Notes under the pieces: model-generated
Databases searched by the model: none
The model's input: the letters and a program-made list of their open reading frames with translations, nothing else
Told to the model about the DNA's origin: nothing
Part shown: piece by piece, positions 1 to 13,320 of the stretch
Position numbering within the stretch: the first letter of the stretch is position 1
How the letters are laid out: each line of letters starts with the position of its first letter
Translations under genes and position numbers: made by a program
DNA from: Eledone cirrhosa
Taxonomy: Eukaryota
NCBI GenBank assembly: GCA_964016885.1
Contig: OZ024740.1
Location: 417,384,001-417,448,000, forward strand
Length of the DNA stretch: 64,000 nucleotides
Direction: 5' to 3'

Positions 1-9
1 TATATATAG

Positions 10-338
10 CCATCTGTAACTGTTTCGCATTTTATGCCACTCCGTCGGTTACGATGACGAGTGTTCCAGTTGATCCGATCAACAGAACAACCTACTCGTG
101 AAATTAACGTACAAGTGGCTGAGCAGCCCACAAACACGCGTACCCTTAACGTAGTTCTCAGGGAGATTCAGCGTGAGACGGAATCTGACATGGTTGACCC
201 TTCGAATTACAGTTTTGCCATTTGAGTGGACTGGAACAACATGAAATAAAGTGTCTTGCTGAAGAACACAACGCGTTACCGGGTATCGAACCCACGACCT
301 TACGATCGTGATCCGAGTACCTTAACCACAAAGCCACC
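10..338 (-). mobile_element. tRNA-derived SINE (family 1)
   Basis: Minus strand has A box GTGGCTTTGTGGTTAAGG, B box GGTTCGATACCC and a core GTTCTTCAGCAAGACACTTTAT; related copy at ~34770-34980. Confidence 0.75.
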
Positions 339-750
339 TTACTCTTCACCTTCACATTCACACACACACAAACCATAGACACAATGACTTTACTATCTCA
401 GTTAAGAAGCTACAATATATTTGGAACTGTGTTCAGTGAGGAGTGAAATAAAAATGATTCATTTGACACATGGATACAATAATTTATCTTTGATGAATAA
501 AGTATGAAGACGATGTAGACAATGATGTATGAAATAGTGTTACTACTTTGAAGTTTATATATATGGAGTGGTGGAGGTACATATTGTGACTAGTGGTAGT
601 ACACAAAACCCAGAGTAGCAACAGTCATCTCCGTAATATAGTATACAATATATAATATTCCATACTTTGGTATTGAGCACATTTTCCTTGTATTTCTAAA
701 CCCCAAAGTACGGATAATATATATATATGTGTGTGTGTGTGTATATATGG

Positions 751-1824
751 TAGGCACAATGAGAAAAGGTACAGATTAGGGGTTAGAAATTAAAAGAAAA
801 AGGAAAAGAAAAGGAAAAGGAAGAAAGGGAAGTGATAAATAGGAGTGATATAGAATGAGTAACTAGTATTATATAATGTATAATAAATAACTTTAAAATA
901 AGGTAGAAAGATGGGTATATTTTGAAAGAAGTATATATATATATATATATATATATGTGCCTTTGAGAAAAGGATTTTAAATTGATCAAGTATTAGATAT
1001 TAGCTGTATACTTTATGGAATGTTCTGTGGAATTTATGCAAGCAGAGAGAAAACAAGTCAGTGCGTCTATTTATTATAGAATCTAAATTAGATATAATGG
1101 TAAATTTTTCATTTAAACAGAGATTGCAAGTCTTGGATAGAGAACTGTTCAAGTATAGAGAAGCAGAAGAAACCTTTTTCCAAGAGATGTTATATTTAAT
1201 ATTGTTGTCTTTCAAGGACCATATGAGTTCTGAGAGTGCCGTGTTGGTTCTTTTAAGTTGGTATTTAAAAGACGAATGATGATTATAAAGACGAGCTTTA
1301 AAGGAGGTGGAAGTGGAGCCAAAATAGGTGAAGGAATTGGTGTCAGTTATAACTTTACATTCGTAGATTAAGTTTTTTTCAAGACAATGGTTGTTGAGAG
1401 GACATTTATTTTTAACAGGGCAATTGCAATTGCGATTAGAGAGATTAGCAGAGTTATTAACGAGTGACCTAGTGTTATCTATAGAAGGAATTGGATTGGA
1501 GAAGTTATTTACGATAGGAATAATAGTTTCTTGATTTAGCGAAGTTGTGTTTGACGTTGTATTTGGGTTTGCAGAAATTAGCCTAGAGTTTACAATGACG
1601 TCGGGAGTACTATTACTATTATCATGATATTCAGTGTTGGAAGGAAGAGATTTAGTATTTAGTATTTTATTGTTGTGTTTAGAGATAATGTTGGAAATGT
1701 TGGAGGAGGTCGAATAGGAAAATTTATAGTGTGTTTGTTAAATATTTTACTATAGATATGTGAGGGAGGGAAGCATTTATTTAAGACACTAAAGAATAAT
1801 TTAGGAATATTATTATGAATAGAG
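751..1824 (-). pseudogene. Penelope-like element family A, 3' part (linker plus GIY-YIG-type endonuclease), left inverted arm
   Basis: Minus-strand translation gives CFPPSHIY-KIFNKH...SYS, CNCNCPVKNKCPLNNHCLEKNLIYECKV..TYFGSTSTSFKARLYNHHSSF..LSELIWSLK..CNLCLNEK..NRRTDLFSLCLH, a PLE endonuclease pattern; 751-1508 is an inverted copy of 1825-2743. Confidence 0.75.
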
Positions 1825-2145
1825 ATAACTTCTCCAATCCAATTCCTTCTATAGATAACACTAGGTCACTCGTTAATAACTCTGCTAATCTCTCTAATCG
1901 CAATTGCAATTGCCGTTAAAAATAAATGTCCTCTCAACAACCATTGTCTTGAAAAAAACTTAATCTACGAATGTAAAGTTATAACTGACACCAATTCCTT
2001 CACCTATTTTGGCTCCACTTCCACCTCCTTTAAAGCTCGTCTTTACAATCATCATTCGTCTTTTAAATACCAACTTAAAAGAACCAACACGGCACTCTCA
2101 GAACTCATATGGTCCTTGAAAGACAACAATATTAAATATAACATC

Positions 2146-2290
2146 ATTCCAGCATAGTTACGTCCCTTAACGATCTGAGTTCAAATCCCGCTGAGGTTGA
2201 CTTTGCCTTTCATCCTTACGGGGTCGATAAAATAAAGTACCAGTAATGCACTGGGTAATTGCTGGCCTTGTGCCAAAAAGTAGAAACAAT
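2146..2290 (+). mobile_element. tRNA-derived SINE (family 2, 5'-truncated) with 21-bp target-site duplication
   Basis: B box GAGTTCAAATCCC, core GCCTTTCATCCTTACGGGGTCGATAAAATAAAGTACCAG, tail GGCCTTGTGCCAAAAAGTAGAAAC; TSD AACAATATTAAATATAACATC at 2125-2145 and 2285-2305. Confidence 0.85.
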
Positions 2291-2957
2291 ATTAAATATA
2301 ACATCTCTTGGAAAAAGGTTTCTTCTGCTTCTCTATACTTGAACAGTTCTCTATCCAAGACTTGCAATCTCTGTTTAAGTGAAAAATTTACCATTATATC
2401 TAATTTAGATTCTATAATAAATAGACGCACTGACTTGTTTTCTCTCTGCTTGCATAAATTCCACAGAACATTCCATAAAGTATACAGCTAATATCTAATA
2501 CTTGATCAATTTAAAATCCTTTTCTCAAAGGCACATATATATATATATATATATATACTTCTTTCAAAATATACCCATCTTTCTACCTTATTTCAAAGTT
2601 ATTTATTATACATTATATAATACTAGTTACTCATTCTATATCACTCCTATTTATCACTTCCCTTTCTTCCTTTTCCTTTCCTTTTCTTTTCCTTTTTCTT
2701 TTAATTTCTAACCCCTAATCTGTACCTTTTCTCATTGTGCCTAACATAGATACAATTATTACACAGTACAATATATTCTTACTTTATATCACCTTGAAAA
2801 AAATCCTTCGTAAACATAAACATTTTTTTGACGTTAGATTATTCATCCTCAATTCATTATTTTTTCTCCCTTTCATCTAACTTATTCATCATATCTTCTA
2901 CTTCTTTCACAATATATCCTTACTTACATTACTATTGCTTTTTTTAATAATACATAT

Positions 2958-3120
2958 CAACATTTTCTTTCCATCGCACATATTATTAAACCCTTAAATA
3001 TTATTCTTAATACATATTAACATTTTCTTTCCATCGCACATATTATTAAACCCTTAAATATTATTCTTAATACATATTAACAATTTCTTTTCATCGCACA
3101 TATTATTAAACCCTTCAATA
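2958..3120. repeat. 60-bp tandem repeat (~2.7 copies) in PLE UTR
   Basis: CATTTTCTTTCCATCGCACATATTATTAAACCCTT recurs at 60-bp spacing. Confidence 0.85.
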
Positions 3121-3476
3121 TACAAACCTTAACTTAACATTATTTTTCTCTTCGTTAATTTTCAAATTCTTTTAATTTATATATTATCTTCCAACTGTTT
3201 TTCAACCTCTCTATGTAAAACAATATATTTTTCTCAGTCATAAAAGCTATCTCTCTCTCTCTATCACCCATCTCTCCTCCTATCTCATCCTTCCTCATTA
3301 TACTCCTCCCCCTCCACATTTTACTCTCATCTCCTCCTCTTTTGCATCCTTTCCACCCACCCCCATCAAAAACTCTTTTTTCCCAATATCACGCATCAAT
3401 CTAAAACTACTTTTCATATGTTGATTTAAAACTGCACTATTCACAAGTGTTTTTTAACCTTCATATCATGTCTTCC

Positions 3477-3547
3477 TATTTTATCTGATGAAAACACAAA
3501 TGTTATTGCATGATGATATTTGTTTTTGAAATGCGCATAATAAAATA
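3477..3547 (+). ncRNA. Type I hammerhead ribozyme (family A)
   Basis: tattttat-CTGATGA-stem II (aaac..caaatgttat/atgatatttg..tttt)-GAAA-tgcgca-TA-ataaaata; palindromic stem III. Confidence 0.8.
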
Positions 3548-3689
3548 CATGGAACTCTTTTAACCATCTTTTGATCTTATATATTATGTATACTCCAGTC
3601 CTACAAACTGTAGAGTGCTTCTTATCCGATATCTGCATTGCTTTATTGTACTACAATAAAACTCACCTCCTACATATATATATATATAT

Positions 3690-3881
3690 AACGAAGGAAA
3701 TGTGGTAAGGAACCATGTGGACCATAACGCACCAAAGTACTCAATACTTAGGGTAGTAGAGTGGGTAATAGGAACGAGTAGGACTCCGACGGCTGAGCTC
3801 AAGCCGTTTCGACGGCTAATTCTGGACCAGAATTAGCCGTCGAAACGGCTTGAGCTCAGCCGTCGGGGTCCTACTCGTTCC

Positions 3882-3884
<3 letters not shown>
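3690..3884. mobile_element. Fold-back PLE-type 3' fragment with half-hammerhead (family M)
   Basis: Palindrome centred near 3826; GAAA-cggc-loop-gccg-TC-ggggtc; homologues at 12975, 13158, 21363, 22656, 44830, 47824, 54810. Confidence 0.65.
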
Positions 3885-3939
<55 letters not shown>

Positions 3940-3967
3940 ATCAAAAGATGGTTAAAAGAGTTCCATG

Positions 3968-4035
3968 TATTTTATTATGCGCATTTCAAAATCAAATATC
4001 ATGGGATGATATTTGCGTTCTCATCAGATAAAATA
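3968..4035 (-). ncRNA. Hammerhead ribozyme (family A)
   Basis: Reverse complement: tattttat CTGATGA gaacgcaaatatcat-ccc-atgatatttgatttt GAAA tgcgca TA ataaaata. Confidence 0.75.
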
Positions 4036-4199
4036 GGGAGATATGATATGAAGCTTAAAAAACACTTGCGAGCAGTGAAGTGTTAAATCAACATATATAT
4101 ATATATATATATTTAATATAGAAATTTCTTCTACAGGACTAGAACTGTTTCATTACTTACTGTGGTAAACCCCGATTGAACCCGGGATAAACATATATA

Positions 4200-5110
4200 T
4201 ATATTGTTATGCTTTGGGAGGGTCATGTTGCCAATAAGAAACACACGCACCAGTTACTTTCACTCCAATTTATTATAAATTAAATTTATAAATTTAAGAA
4301 TTTATAAATTTCCGGTTGGTTGGTTCCATAACTGGACGGTTGTTCATATATTGTCAAATTTCTTTCGTCACACATTCTGTGACCTCTTCAGTGACTGGGG
4401 ATTCTTTACTTTGTTTTGTGCCCCTCCGTTGTTCTGTCCTACGCCATCTTGTTTTTGTGTGTGTTGTGTGCTTAGTTTGCGCATGTGTTACATCCGGGTG
4501 TCTGTGTGTATTTTTATTTGTTTATTTATTTGTTTATTTACATGTTACTGGTTGGTTGTTTGTTCTATGTGTGTGTGTGTTTTCATTTTGTCCTTAATTG
4601 TAAGTTGTGATGTTGCTATTCCATTCATGTTTTCTATTTAATTTTGGTTGGAGTTCATTTATGTTTATTGCCTCTGTGATTTGTCTAAACATTGCGTCTT
4701 TTCTGTGTGTAGATTCTATTTTTATTTCTATGTTCTCTAATTTGCCCTTATGTTCTATTTTAGCATGTTGGTGGAGTATTGATGATTCTTTTTTATCTTG
4801 AAGTTCTCGTCAGTGTTCATTTAACCGTTCTCCTATACTACGAGCTGTCTCACCTATGTATACTATATTCTTATCTTTACATTGTCCTTCAGTACATCTT
4901 ATGCTAAATACTACATTTCTAGTTTTACAGTTAATATGGGGGCTTAGTTTACAGATTATGCATTTCTTATCTATACAGGGAGGTCTTTGAAAAGGGTATG
5001 TATTGCTAATAAGTGTTTTTATGGACGTACCTGGTCTTTCTACTATCTTAATATTAAGTTTAAGTTTATCTAGGGCCCTTCTAAATTTGTAAGCTAATTC
5101 ACCTCTAGGG
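4200..5110 (-). pseudogene. PLE family B2, 3' fragment (GIY-YIG plus UTR with HHR)
   Basis: PRGELAYKFRRAL..NVVFSIRC..IVYIGETARSIGERLNEH then a stop; diverged paralogue of 5339-6330; HHR at 4353-4396. Confidence 0.85.
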
Positions 5111-5154
5111 ATTACGTTTTCATCAGATAAAATGTCGTATATCCAATCTCTTAT

Positions 5155-5219
5155 ATATTTTATCTGATGAAAACATACTGAAACACCATTGTATCTTTGA
5201 AATATGTATAATAAAATAT
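5155..5219 (+). ncRNA. Hammerhead ribozyme (family A-like)
   Basis: atattttat CTGATGA aaacatac..gtatcttt GAAA tatgta TA ataaaatat. Confidence 0.7.
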
Positions 5220-5498
5220 ATACTTTGGTTGTGATAATATTTCTCATTTATTAATATTTTGAATAATATTATATATATATATTTCGATTCTGAATTTGTT
5301 TAGCAAGATTCTTTATCTGAAATCGTGTGTTGAAACCGATATTGTTATACTTTGGGAGGGTCATGTTGCCAATAAGAAACACATGCACCAGTTGCTTTCA
5401 CTTCAATTTATTATATATTTATAAATTTACAAATCTACAAACTTATAAATTTCTGGTTGGTTGGTTGGTTCCACAACCAGATAGTTGTTTATATATAT

Positions 5499-5543
5499 AG
5501 TCATAGTCCATTCGTCACACACTCTGTGACCTCTTCAGTGACT
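5499..5543 (-). ncRNA. Hammerhead motif (family B1) with GAAA->GAAT core mutation
   Basis: Reverse complement: agtca CTGAAGA ggtcacagagtgtgtgac GAAT ggac TA tgact. Confidence 0.65.
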
Positions 5544-5809
5544 GGGGATTCCTTTCTTCGTTTCTGTGCCTTTTCTTTCTTCTATCCTACGCCATTTTGT
5601 TTCTGTGTGCTCAGTTTGCGCATGTGCCACATCCGGGTGTCTGTGTGTGTTTGTGTTCATTTTTCTATTTGTTTATTTATTTATTGTTGGTTGGTTGTTT
5701 GTTCTATGTGTGTGTGTGTTTTCATTTTGTCCTGTGTGTGTTTTCATTTTGTGTGTGTTTTCAATTGTAAGTTGTTTGTTCTATGTGTGTGTGTGTTTTC
5801 ATTTTGTCC

Positions 5810-8541
5810 TTAATTGTAAGTTGTGATGTTGCTGTTCCACTCATATTTTCTATTTAATTTTGGTTTTAATTCTTTTATGCTTACTGCCTCTGTAATTTGC
5901 CTAAACATTGCGTCTTTTCTGTGTGTGGATTCTATTTTTATTTCTATGCTCTCTAATCTACCCCTGTGTTCTATCTTAGCATGTTGGTAGAGCACAGATG
6001 ATTCTTTATTATCTTGGAGGTCTCGCCAGTGTTCATTTATTCGTTCCCCTATACTACGAGCTGTCTCACCTATGTACACTATATTTTTGTTTCTACATTG
6101 TCCTTCAGTACATCTTATGCTATACACTACATTTCTAGTTTTACAGTTAATATGGGGGCTTATTTTACAGGTTATACATTTCTTATCTATACATGAGGGT
6201 CTTTGGAATGGGTATGTCTTGCTAATAAGTGTTTTTACGGAGGTACCAGGTCTTTCTACTATCTTAATATTGAGATTATGTTTATTTAGGGCCCTTCTAA
6301 ATTTGTAGGCTAGTTCGCCTCTAGGGGTTGTATTGATGAACATTACACTCTGGTATTTATTGCTATCATACCATGAGTTTATTCTATTGGCCTTGTTCTT
6401 AGTTCTTTCTATTCTATTCCAAAATTTGCTCCTATACAAGGGGCAGGTCCCATTTATGTCATTATTTACCATTTTTTCCCATTTGGTTCTGGCTCCTTTA
6501 TACACTCTGATTCTATCTCTCTGATTGTAGCCAGAGAACTGCATACGGTGGATGAAGTGTTGTATGTGTCTCTCTAGTTCTTCGGGGTTGCACATGCGGG
6601 ACACATTTCTCATCACCCGTACCAAATCCGCAATCAGTATGTTGATTTTGGTATGGTCCGAAATGGCCAATTTTTTCGGTGGATCAGATGTTTGGAAGTC
6701 ATGGGTTTGGCATAATGGGAATGGAGGATTTGTTTTTGGTTGTTAATGGTATCTAACCAGAGCTCTGTGTCTAGTACAGGTAATCGATGGTTGGGGTGTC
6801 TACTTGGGTAGTCTATAGTAACTCTAATGCTCTGGTGGATGGAGTTTGCTATTTGCTGGATGCTTTCCATTGTGTTTTTCTCTAGTTCCTGACTGTTCTT
6901 TAGTGGGGGTGTCTTAACTACGATGTTTATATCATCTACGTAGCGGGAGTACATTATCAGGGTTAAGCTGTCTTCTAATTGTTCATTAAGTTTTTGTTTA
7001 AGTCTACTGTCCCACCATACCATGAATAAGTTAGCTATGTCGCCTGCAATGCTAACACCAATGGCTGCTCCTTCCTCTTGGGCATATGTTTTACCATTAA
7101 ATTTGAACATATGTTCCTTAAGGGTTAATTTTATGCTGGCCCCTACCGCATGTGCAATCATTTTCTTCAGTTCATCGTGGTTTTCGGGTGTCCGTATGGC
7201 TCTGGTCCACCCGTTCCATCTATCTGTGTGGGTTTTCTTGGCCATTGAGGTAATGGTAGGTGGTCTGCCTCTTGCTGGTCTTGTAGGGCACAGGTTGCTA
7301 AGGTCATAAGTGTCTAGGTAACTATTACTATGGGTAAGCTTAAGTAGAAGTCCCAGCTCACTGGTATCAATCCCACGGAACTCAACTTTGCTCTCGCTGA
7401 TCATTTCTACGCATTTCTCCACAGCAAAATCCACGTCAATAGATGGATACAGGGACACAACATCCATACTGCCTATTATGCAGTTTGTTAGGTCCCCAGA
7501 TCGGTTACCCGCGCCGATTCTGCTGAGGAGGTCCTCCGTGCTGTCACACACATCTGGGGACATCTCAATGATGGGGCGTATGATCAGGGAGAAGAAGTAG
7601 GACAGTCTGTAGTTACTAGCAATGTTAGCCCCACAGACTGGTCGTGTTGGTGGTCCCGTGACAGGGTCCCAGCCCGTTTTATGGTCTTTTCGAAGCCCAT
7701 ACAACGCCGGCACGTCATTGTTCTAGGCCTGGAAGTTGTTGGCAGTCCTTTTGTTGGGCTGCATTATATTCGTCCACATCACCATATGGGCATTGAGGGC
7801 TTTTTCTCTATCCTCATGCTCCTGTGGTGTTACCTCTCTTGTGTTAGTGATGTGGGGTTGCATTGCCTGGATGTAGTTTGGCAGGCTGTCAACCGACATT
7901 CTGCCAGACTTGTCTGTTGGAAAACATGCTATCTCTCCATTACGCGAGCGCTGCATGAGCTTACGCGAGCGCTGCATGAGCTTACGCAAGCCATTTGCAG
8001 ATTCTTCTCCCAGTTGCTGGGCCTCTATTCTATTATGCTTCTTGCTATACTGTTCTATAATATTTCTAAGTTCGGATTTAGCTATACTAAATTGTGCTTC
8101 TGTTTGTTCATCGACCTGCGACGGCAACTGCGTGCGTTTGTTAAATGGCAAAGTCGTGGCGTGGACTCGTCGTAGGTCGAATGATTTATCGGAGGGGTTA
8201 TAAAACGGAGAGTTCCAGGCTGCTGCTTTATGTGTACTAGTGCTATTATTATTGTTAGTTGTGTTATTTCTATTTCTATTTCTACCAGCAGCCTCAGCTT
8301 CATGGTTGTTTCTATGTCTCTCATAATTACTCCTGTCTCTTTCCACTGGCTCAATGTTGTTATCTACCCTATTTTGTGTGTCTGTGTGTTCGTCTTGGTT
8401 ATTCTCTTTGTCCTTAGTCTCCCATCTCCTATTCTTTTTAATCCTATTACTTTCTCTTATTTCTCTGATTTCTGTGCTACTGTCATTACTTGTTTTCTGT
8501 GTCTGTGTGTTTGTTAAGATTGTGGTGGTGGTGAGAGGCAT
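5810..8541 (-). pseudogene. PLE polyprotein (reverse transcriptase plus Cys-rich linker plus GIY-YIG endonuclease), disrupted
   Basis: Motifs PTDKSGR, LYGLRKDHK, PTRPVCG, SMDVVSLYPSI, QEEGAAIG, YSRYVDDI, LPVLD, CIDKKCITC, NVVYSIRC..YIGETAR..RINEH; in-frame TAG at 7723-7725, frameshift near 6670, in-frame 21-bp duplication near 7940-7985. Confidence 0.92.
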
Positions 8542-8736
8542 TGAATGCGTGTGTGTTGTTGTTGATGTGTGTTGTTGTTGATGTGTTTTGTTGTTGTCTC
8601 CGTGTGTGTGTGTGTTATCGTTGTTGTGTGTGTTGTTATTGTTGTTTGTGTCTGCGTGTCTGTTGTTGTTGTATCTGGGTATGTTGCTATTGTTGTTGAT
8701 GTGTGTGTTGTTGTTATTGTTGTCTCCGTGTGTGTT

Positions 8737-9975
8737 ATTGCAGGCGACATAGCTAACTTATTCATGGTATGGTGGGACAGTAGACTTAAACAAAAACTTA
8801 ATGAACAATTAGAAGACAGCTTAACCCTGATAATGTACTCCCGCTACGTAGATGATATAAACATCGTAGTTAAGACACCCCCACTAAAGAACAGTCAGGA
8901 ACTAGAGAAAAACACAATGGAAAGCATCCAGCAAATAGCAAACTCCATCCACCAGAGCATTAGAGTTACTATAGACTACCCAAGTAGACACCCCAACCAT
9001 CGATTACCTGTACTAGACACAGAGCTCTGGTTAGATACCATTAACAACCAAAAACAAATCCTCCATTCCCATTATGCCAAACCCATGACTTCCAAACATC
9101 TGATCCACCGAAACTCAGCCATTTCGGACCATACCAAAATCAACATACTGATTGCGGATTTGGTACGGGTGATGAGAAATGTGTCCCGCATGTGCAACCC
9201 CGAAGAACTAGAGAGACACATACAACACTTCATCCACCGTATGCAGTTCTCTGGCTACAATCAGAGAGATAGAATCAGAGTGTATAAAGGAGCCAGAACC
9301 AAATGGGAAAAAATGGTAAATAATGACATAAATGGGACCTGCCCCTTGTATAGGAGCAAATTTTGGAATAGAATAGAAAGAACTAAGAACAAGGCCAATA
9401 GAATAAACTCATGGTATGATAGCAATAAATACCAGAGTGTAATGTTCATCAATACAACCCCTAGAGGCGAACTAGCCTACAAATTTAGAAGGGCCCTAAA
9501 TAAATATAATCTCAATATTAAGATAGTAGAAAGACCTGGTACCTCCGTAAAAACACTTATTAGCAAGACATACCCATTCCAAAGACCCTCATGTATAGAT
9601 AAGAAATGTATAACCTGTAAAATAAGCCCCCATATTAACTGTAAAACTAGAAATGTAGTGTATAGCATAAGATGTACTGAAGGACAATGTAGAAACAAAA
9701 ATATAGTGTACATAGGTGAGACAGCTCGTAGTATAGGGGAACGAATAAATGAACACTGGCGAGACCTCCAAGATAATAAAGAATCATCTGTGCTCTACCA
9801 ACATGCTAAGATAGAACACAGGGGTAGATTAGAGAACATAGAAATAAAAATAGAATCCACGCACAGAAAAGACGCAATGTTTAGGCAAATTACAGAGGCA
9901 GTAAGCATAAAAGAATTAAAACCAAAATTAAATAGAAAATATGAGTGGAACAGCAACATCACAACTTACAATTAA
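8737..9975 (+). CDS. 5'-truncated PLE ORF (RT C-terminal half, thumb, GIY-YIG) with uninterrupted frame
   Basis: IAGDIANLFM..YVDD..YIGET..LNRKYEW; the first ~56 aa of ORF 8569..9975 are antisense low-complexity sequence, not real coding. Confidence 0.8.
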   Translation: MAGDIANLFMVWWDSRLKQKLNEQLEDSLTLIMYSRYVDDINIVVKTPPLKNSQELEKNTMESIQQIANSIHQSIRVTIDYPSRHPNHRLPVLDTELWLDTINNQKQILHSHYAKPMTSKHLIHRNSAISDHTKINILIADLVRVMRNVSRMCNPEELERHIQHFIHRMQFSGYNQRDRIRVYKGARTKWEKMVNNDINGTCPLYRSKFWNRIERTKNKANRINSWYDSNKYQSVMFINTTPRGELAYKFRRALNKYNLNIKIVERPGTSVKTLISKTYPFQRPSCIDKKCITCKISPHINCKTRNVVYSIRCTEGQCRNKNIVYIGETARSIGERINEHWRDLQDNKESSVLYQHAKIEHRGRLENIEIKIESTHRKDAMFRQITEAVSIKELKPKLNRKYEWNSNITTYN

Positions 9976-10274
9976 GGACAAAATGAAAACACACACACAC
10001 ATAGAACAAACAACTTACAATTGAAAACACACACAAAATGAAAACACACACAGGACAAAATGAAAACACACACAGGACAAAATGAAAACACACACACACA
10101 TAGAACAAACAACCAACCAACAATAAATAAATAAACAAATAGAAAAATGAACACAAACACACACAGACACCCGGATGTGGCACATGCGCAAACTGAGCAC
10201 ACAACACACACACAGAAACAAAATGGCGTAGGATAGAAGAAAGAAAAGGCACAGAAACGAAGAAAGGAATCCCC

Positions 10275-10319
10275 AGTCACTGAAGAGGTCACAGAGTGTG
10301 TGACGAAAGGACTATGACT
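10275..10319 (+). ncRNA. Minimal type I hammerhead ribozyme (family B1)
   Basis: agtca CTGAAGA g-gtcaca-gagtg-tgtgac GAAA ggac TA tgact, in the PLE 3'UTR. Confidence 0.8.
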
Positions 10320-10471
10320 ATATATATAAACAACTATCTGGTTGTGGAACCAACCAACCAACCAGAAATTTATAAGTTTGTAGATTTGTAAATTTATAAA
10401 TATATAATAAATTGAAGTGAAAGCAACTGGTGCGTGTGTTTCTTATTGGCAACATGACCCTCCCAAAGTAT

Positions 10472-10513
<42 letters not shown>

Positions 10514-10939
10514 CTGAATTTTGATTACTGCGAGAATAAATAACTTAACATATGTTTCTTATAGAACCATGCTGGAATATAATAAATTAAATAAGACCCT
10601 TTAAAATTGTGTTATTCTTTGATAGAACCAGACCCAGTTTAGGTCGGGTCGATATCAAACGGTTTCCGACAATTCTTAATCATTTCTATAATTGTTTCCT
10701 AGCTTTATAGCATTTATATGGTAATTGATTATGAAACTAACTGTTGCTGTGAACAAACACGCTTCTCTATATTGATTCTTACTTTAAATGTGTGAACACA
10801 GCGAAAATAAGATATAAACAGGAAGATGAAGAAATAAAGGAAATAAATTACAAACAACAACTCTTTCTTTTCTTTCTATATTTTTTCCTCGTCTATCCAA
10901 CATTTATATTTTTTAAGTCAATCACTGGATCTCAACGTT

Positions 10940-11450
10940 GTCACTCGATTTGGTAGAAATAGCAGCCAAATCTCCTTCAGATAACACCTTATCGTTTTAA
11001 AGAGAAAGTTAGACACTGGAGACAAGGCGATGAAATTGGAAGTCGTTAAAATGTCAGATAGAATGCTTTGCAGTATTTATTTTAGCTCCCTGCTCCCTCA
11101 GTTCAAATCCTACCTTAATTCTTTCGAAGTAAAAAAAAAAAATACCAGTCAAATACTGGATCGTTTCTTCCTCTATATCTTTTTCCTACTTCCTTCCTCT
11201 CTTTCACTTTCTATCCTTCTCTGGAAGAAATCTGCTGTGTTCAGACCTAGAGATGGGCTCCCACAGATTTATGAAAAATGTCCTAGAAACGCTGTATGTT
11301 AACACGCCCCTTACGTCTCCTTCAAAGGTTACGGGGACCATACATCACACACTGGACAACATAGACCTTGAGACATGTCTGGGAAATAATAGAACGGAAT
11401 TGTCATGCCTGGAACGCCTGTCATAATAAAGTCAACTGAACTGGGTGCTG
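10940..11450 (+). repeat. Old dispersed repeat (TAGAAATAGCAGCCAAATCT family)
   Basis: Motif and downstream GTCA(T/C)GGYTGGAA recur at ~21500-21700 and ~40940-41500. Confidence 0.55.
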
Positions 11451-11760
11451 AATAAGCCCCACCTTCAAACATGATGATTCAGAGTTTAGATGAGGTAAAC
11501 ACCCAATTAATATATATTCAGTAAATATACTAAAATGAAAAGGAAGGTTACTTCAAAAAGAGCTTAGATATGTAGCGGCACCCCCCCCCCCCTCACACAT
11601 ATACGTACATACATACATACACACACATCAGTATTGTTTGATGATTCTTTAAATACACAGGTTAAACTCCAGAGAAACAAAACTCATAATTTAGCCATAA
11701 TATTACGATATTTTACTTCGGTATTGAGTACTCATTCTCGCGTTACACACACATATATGC

Positions 11761-12884
<1,124 letters not shown>

Positions 12885-13234
12885 ATTATACCAGTTTTAA
12901 ACTAATAAGACCTTATTCAGCAGAATACTCGATGCTTGGGATAGTAGAGTGTAAATATAGAAGAATGTCGGAGCCCGACGGCTGAGCTCTTGCTGTTTCG
13001 ACAAGAGTGCAGCCATCGGGCCCTGACTCTCTACTATATATAAATATATATATGTATATAGAGAGATTGGAATTTACCAGTTAAACTAGTAGGGCCATAT
13101 TCAGCTAAGTAGTCGATACTTGGTAAAGATGAGTGTATATATAGTTAAAAGTTAATGCCCGACGGCTGATCTCACGCCGTTTCAACGACGAGTCGATATA
13201 TAGACTCCTCATATATATATATATATATATATAT

Positions 13235-13320
<86 letters not shown>

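Larger units (their letters stand above)
1825..3581 (+). mobile_element. Penelope-like element family A, right arm: endonuclease end, long 3'UTR and HHR
   Basis: Reverse complement of 751-1508, interrupted by a SINE; the UTR end matches copies at 3938-4093 and 14258-14500; ends in (TA)n. Confidence 0.75.
5339..10479. mobile_element. Penelope-like retroelement family B1 with ~1.7-kb inverted duplication (arms 5339-7050 and 8737-10479)
   Basis: Near-identical inverted arms, both ending in ..ATGACCCTCCCAAAGTATAACAATA; the right end abuts (TA)n; RT and GIY-YIG ORFs. Confidence 0.92.

Noticed and set aside
7723-7725. Programmed read-through or selenocysteine in the PLE ORF
   Set aside because: The stop is TAG, not TGA, and the copy has other disabling lesions
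8569-8736. Hydrophobic N-terminus of the 468-aa ORF as a membrane anchor or envelope
   Set aside because: Antisense reading of Thr/His-rich low-complexity sequence across the inversion junction
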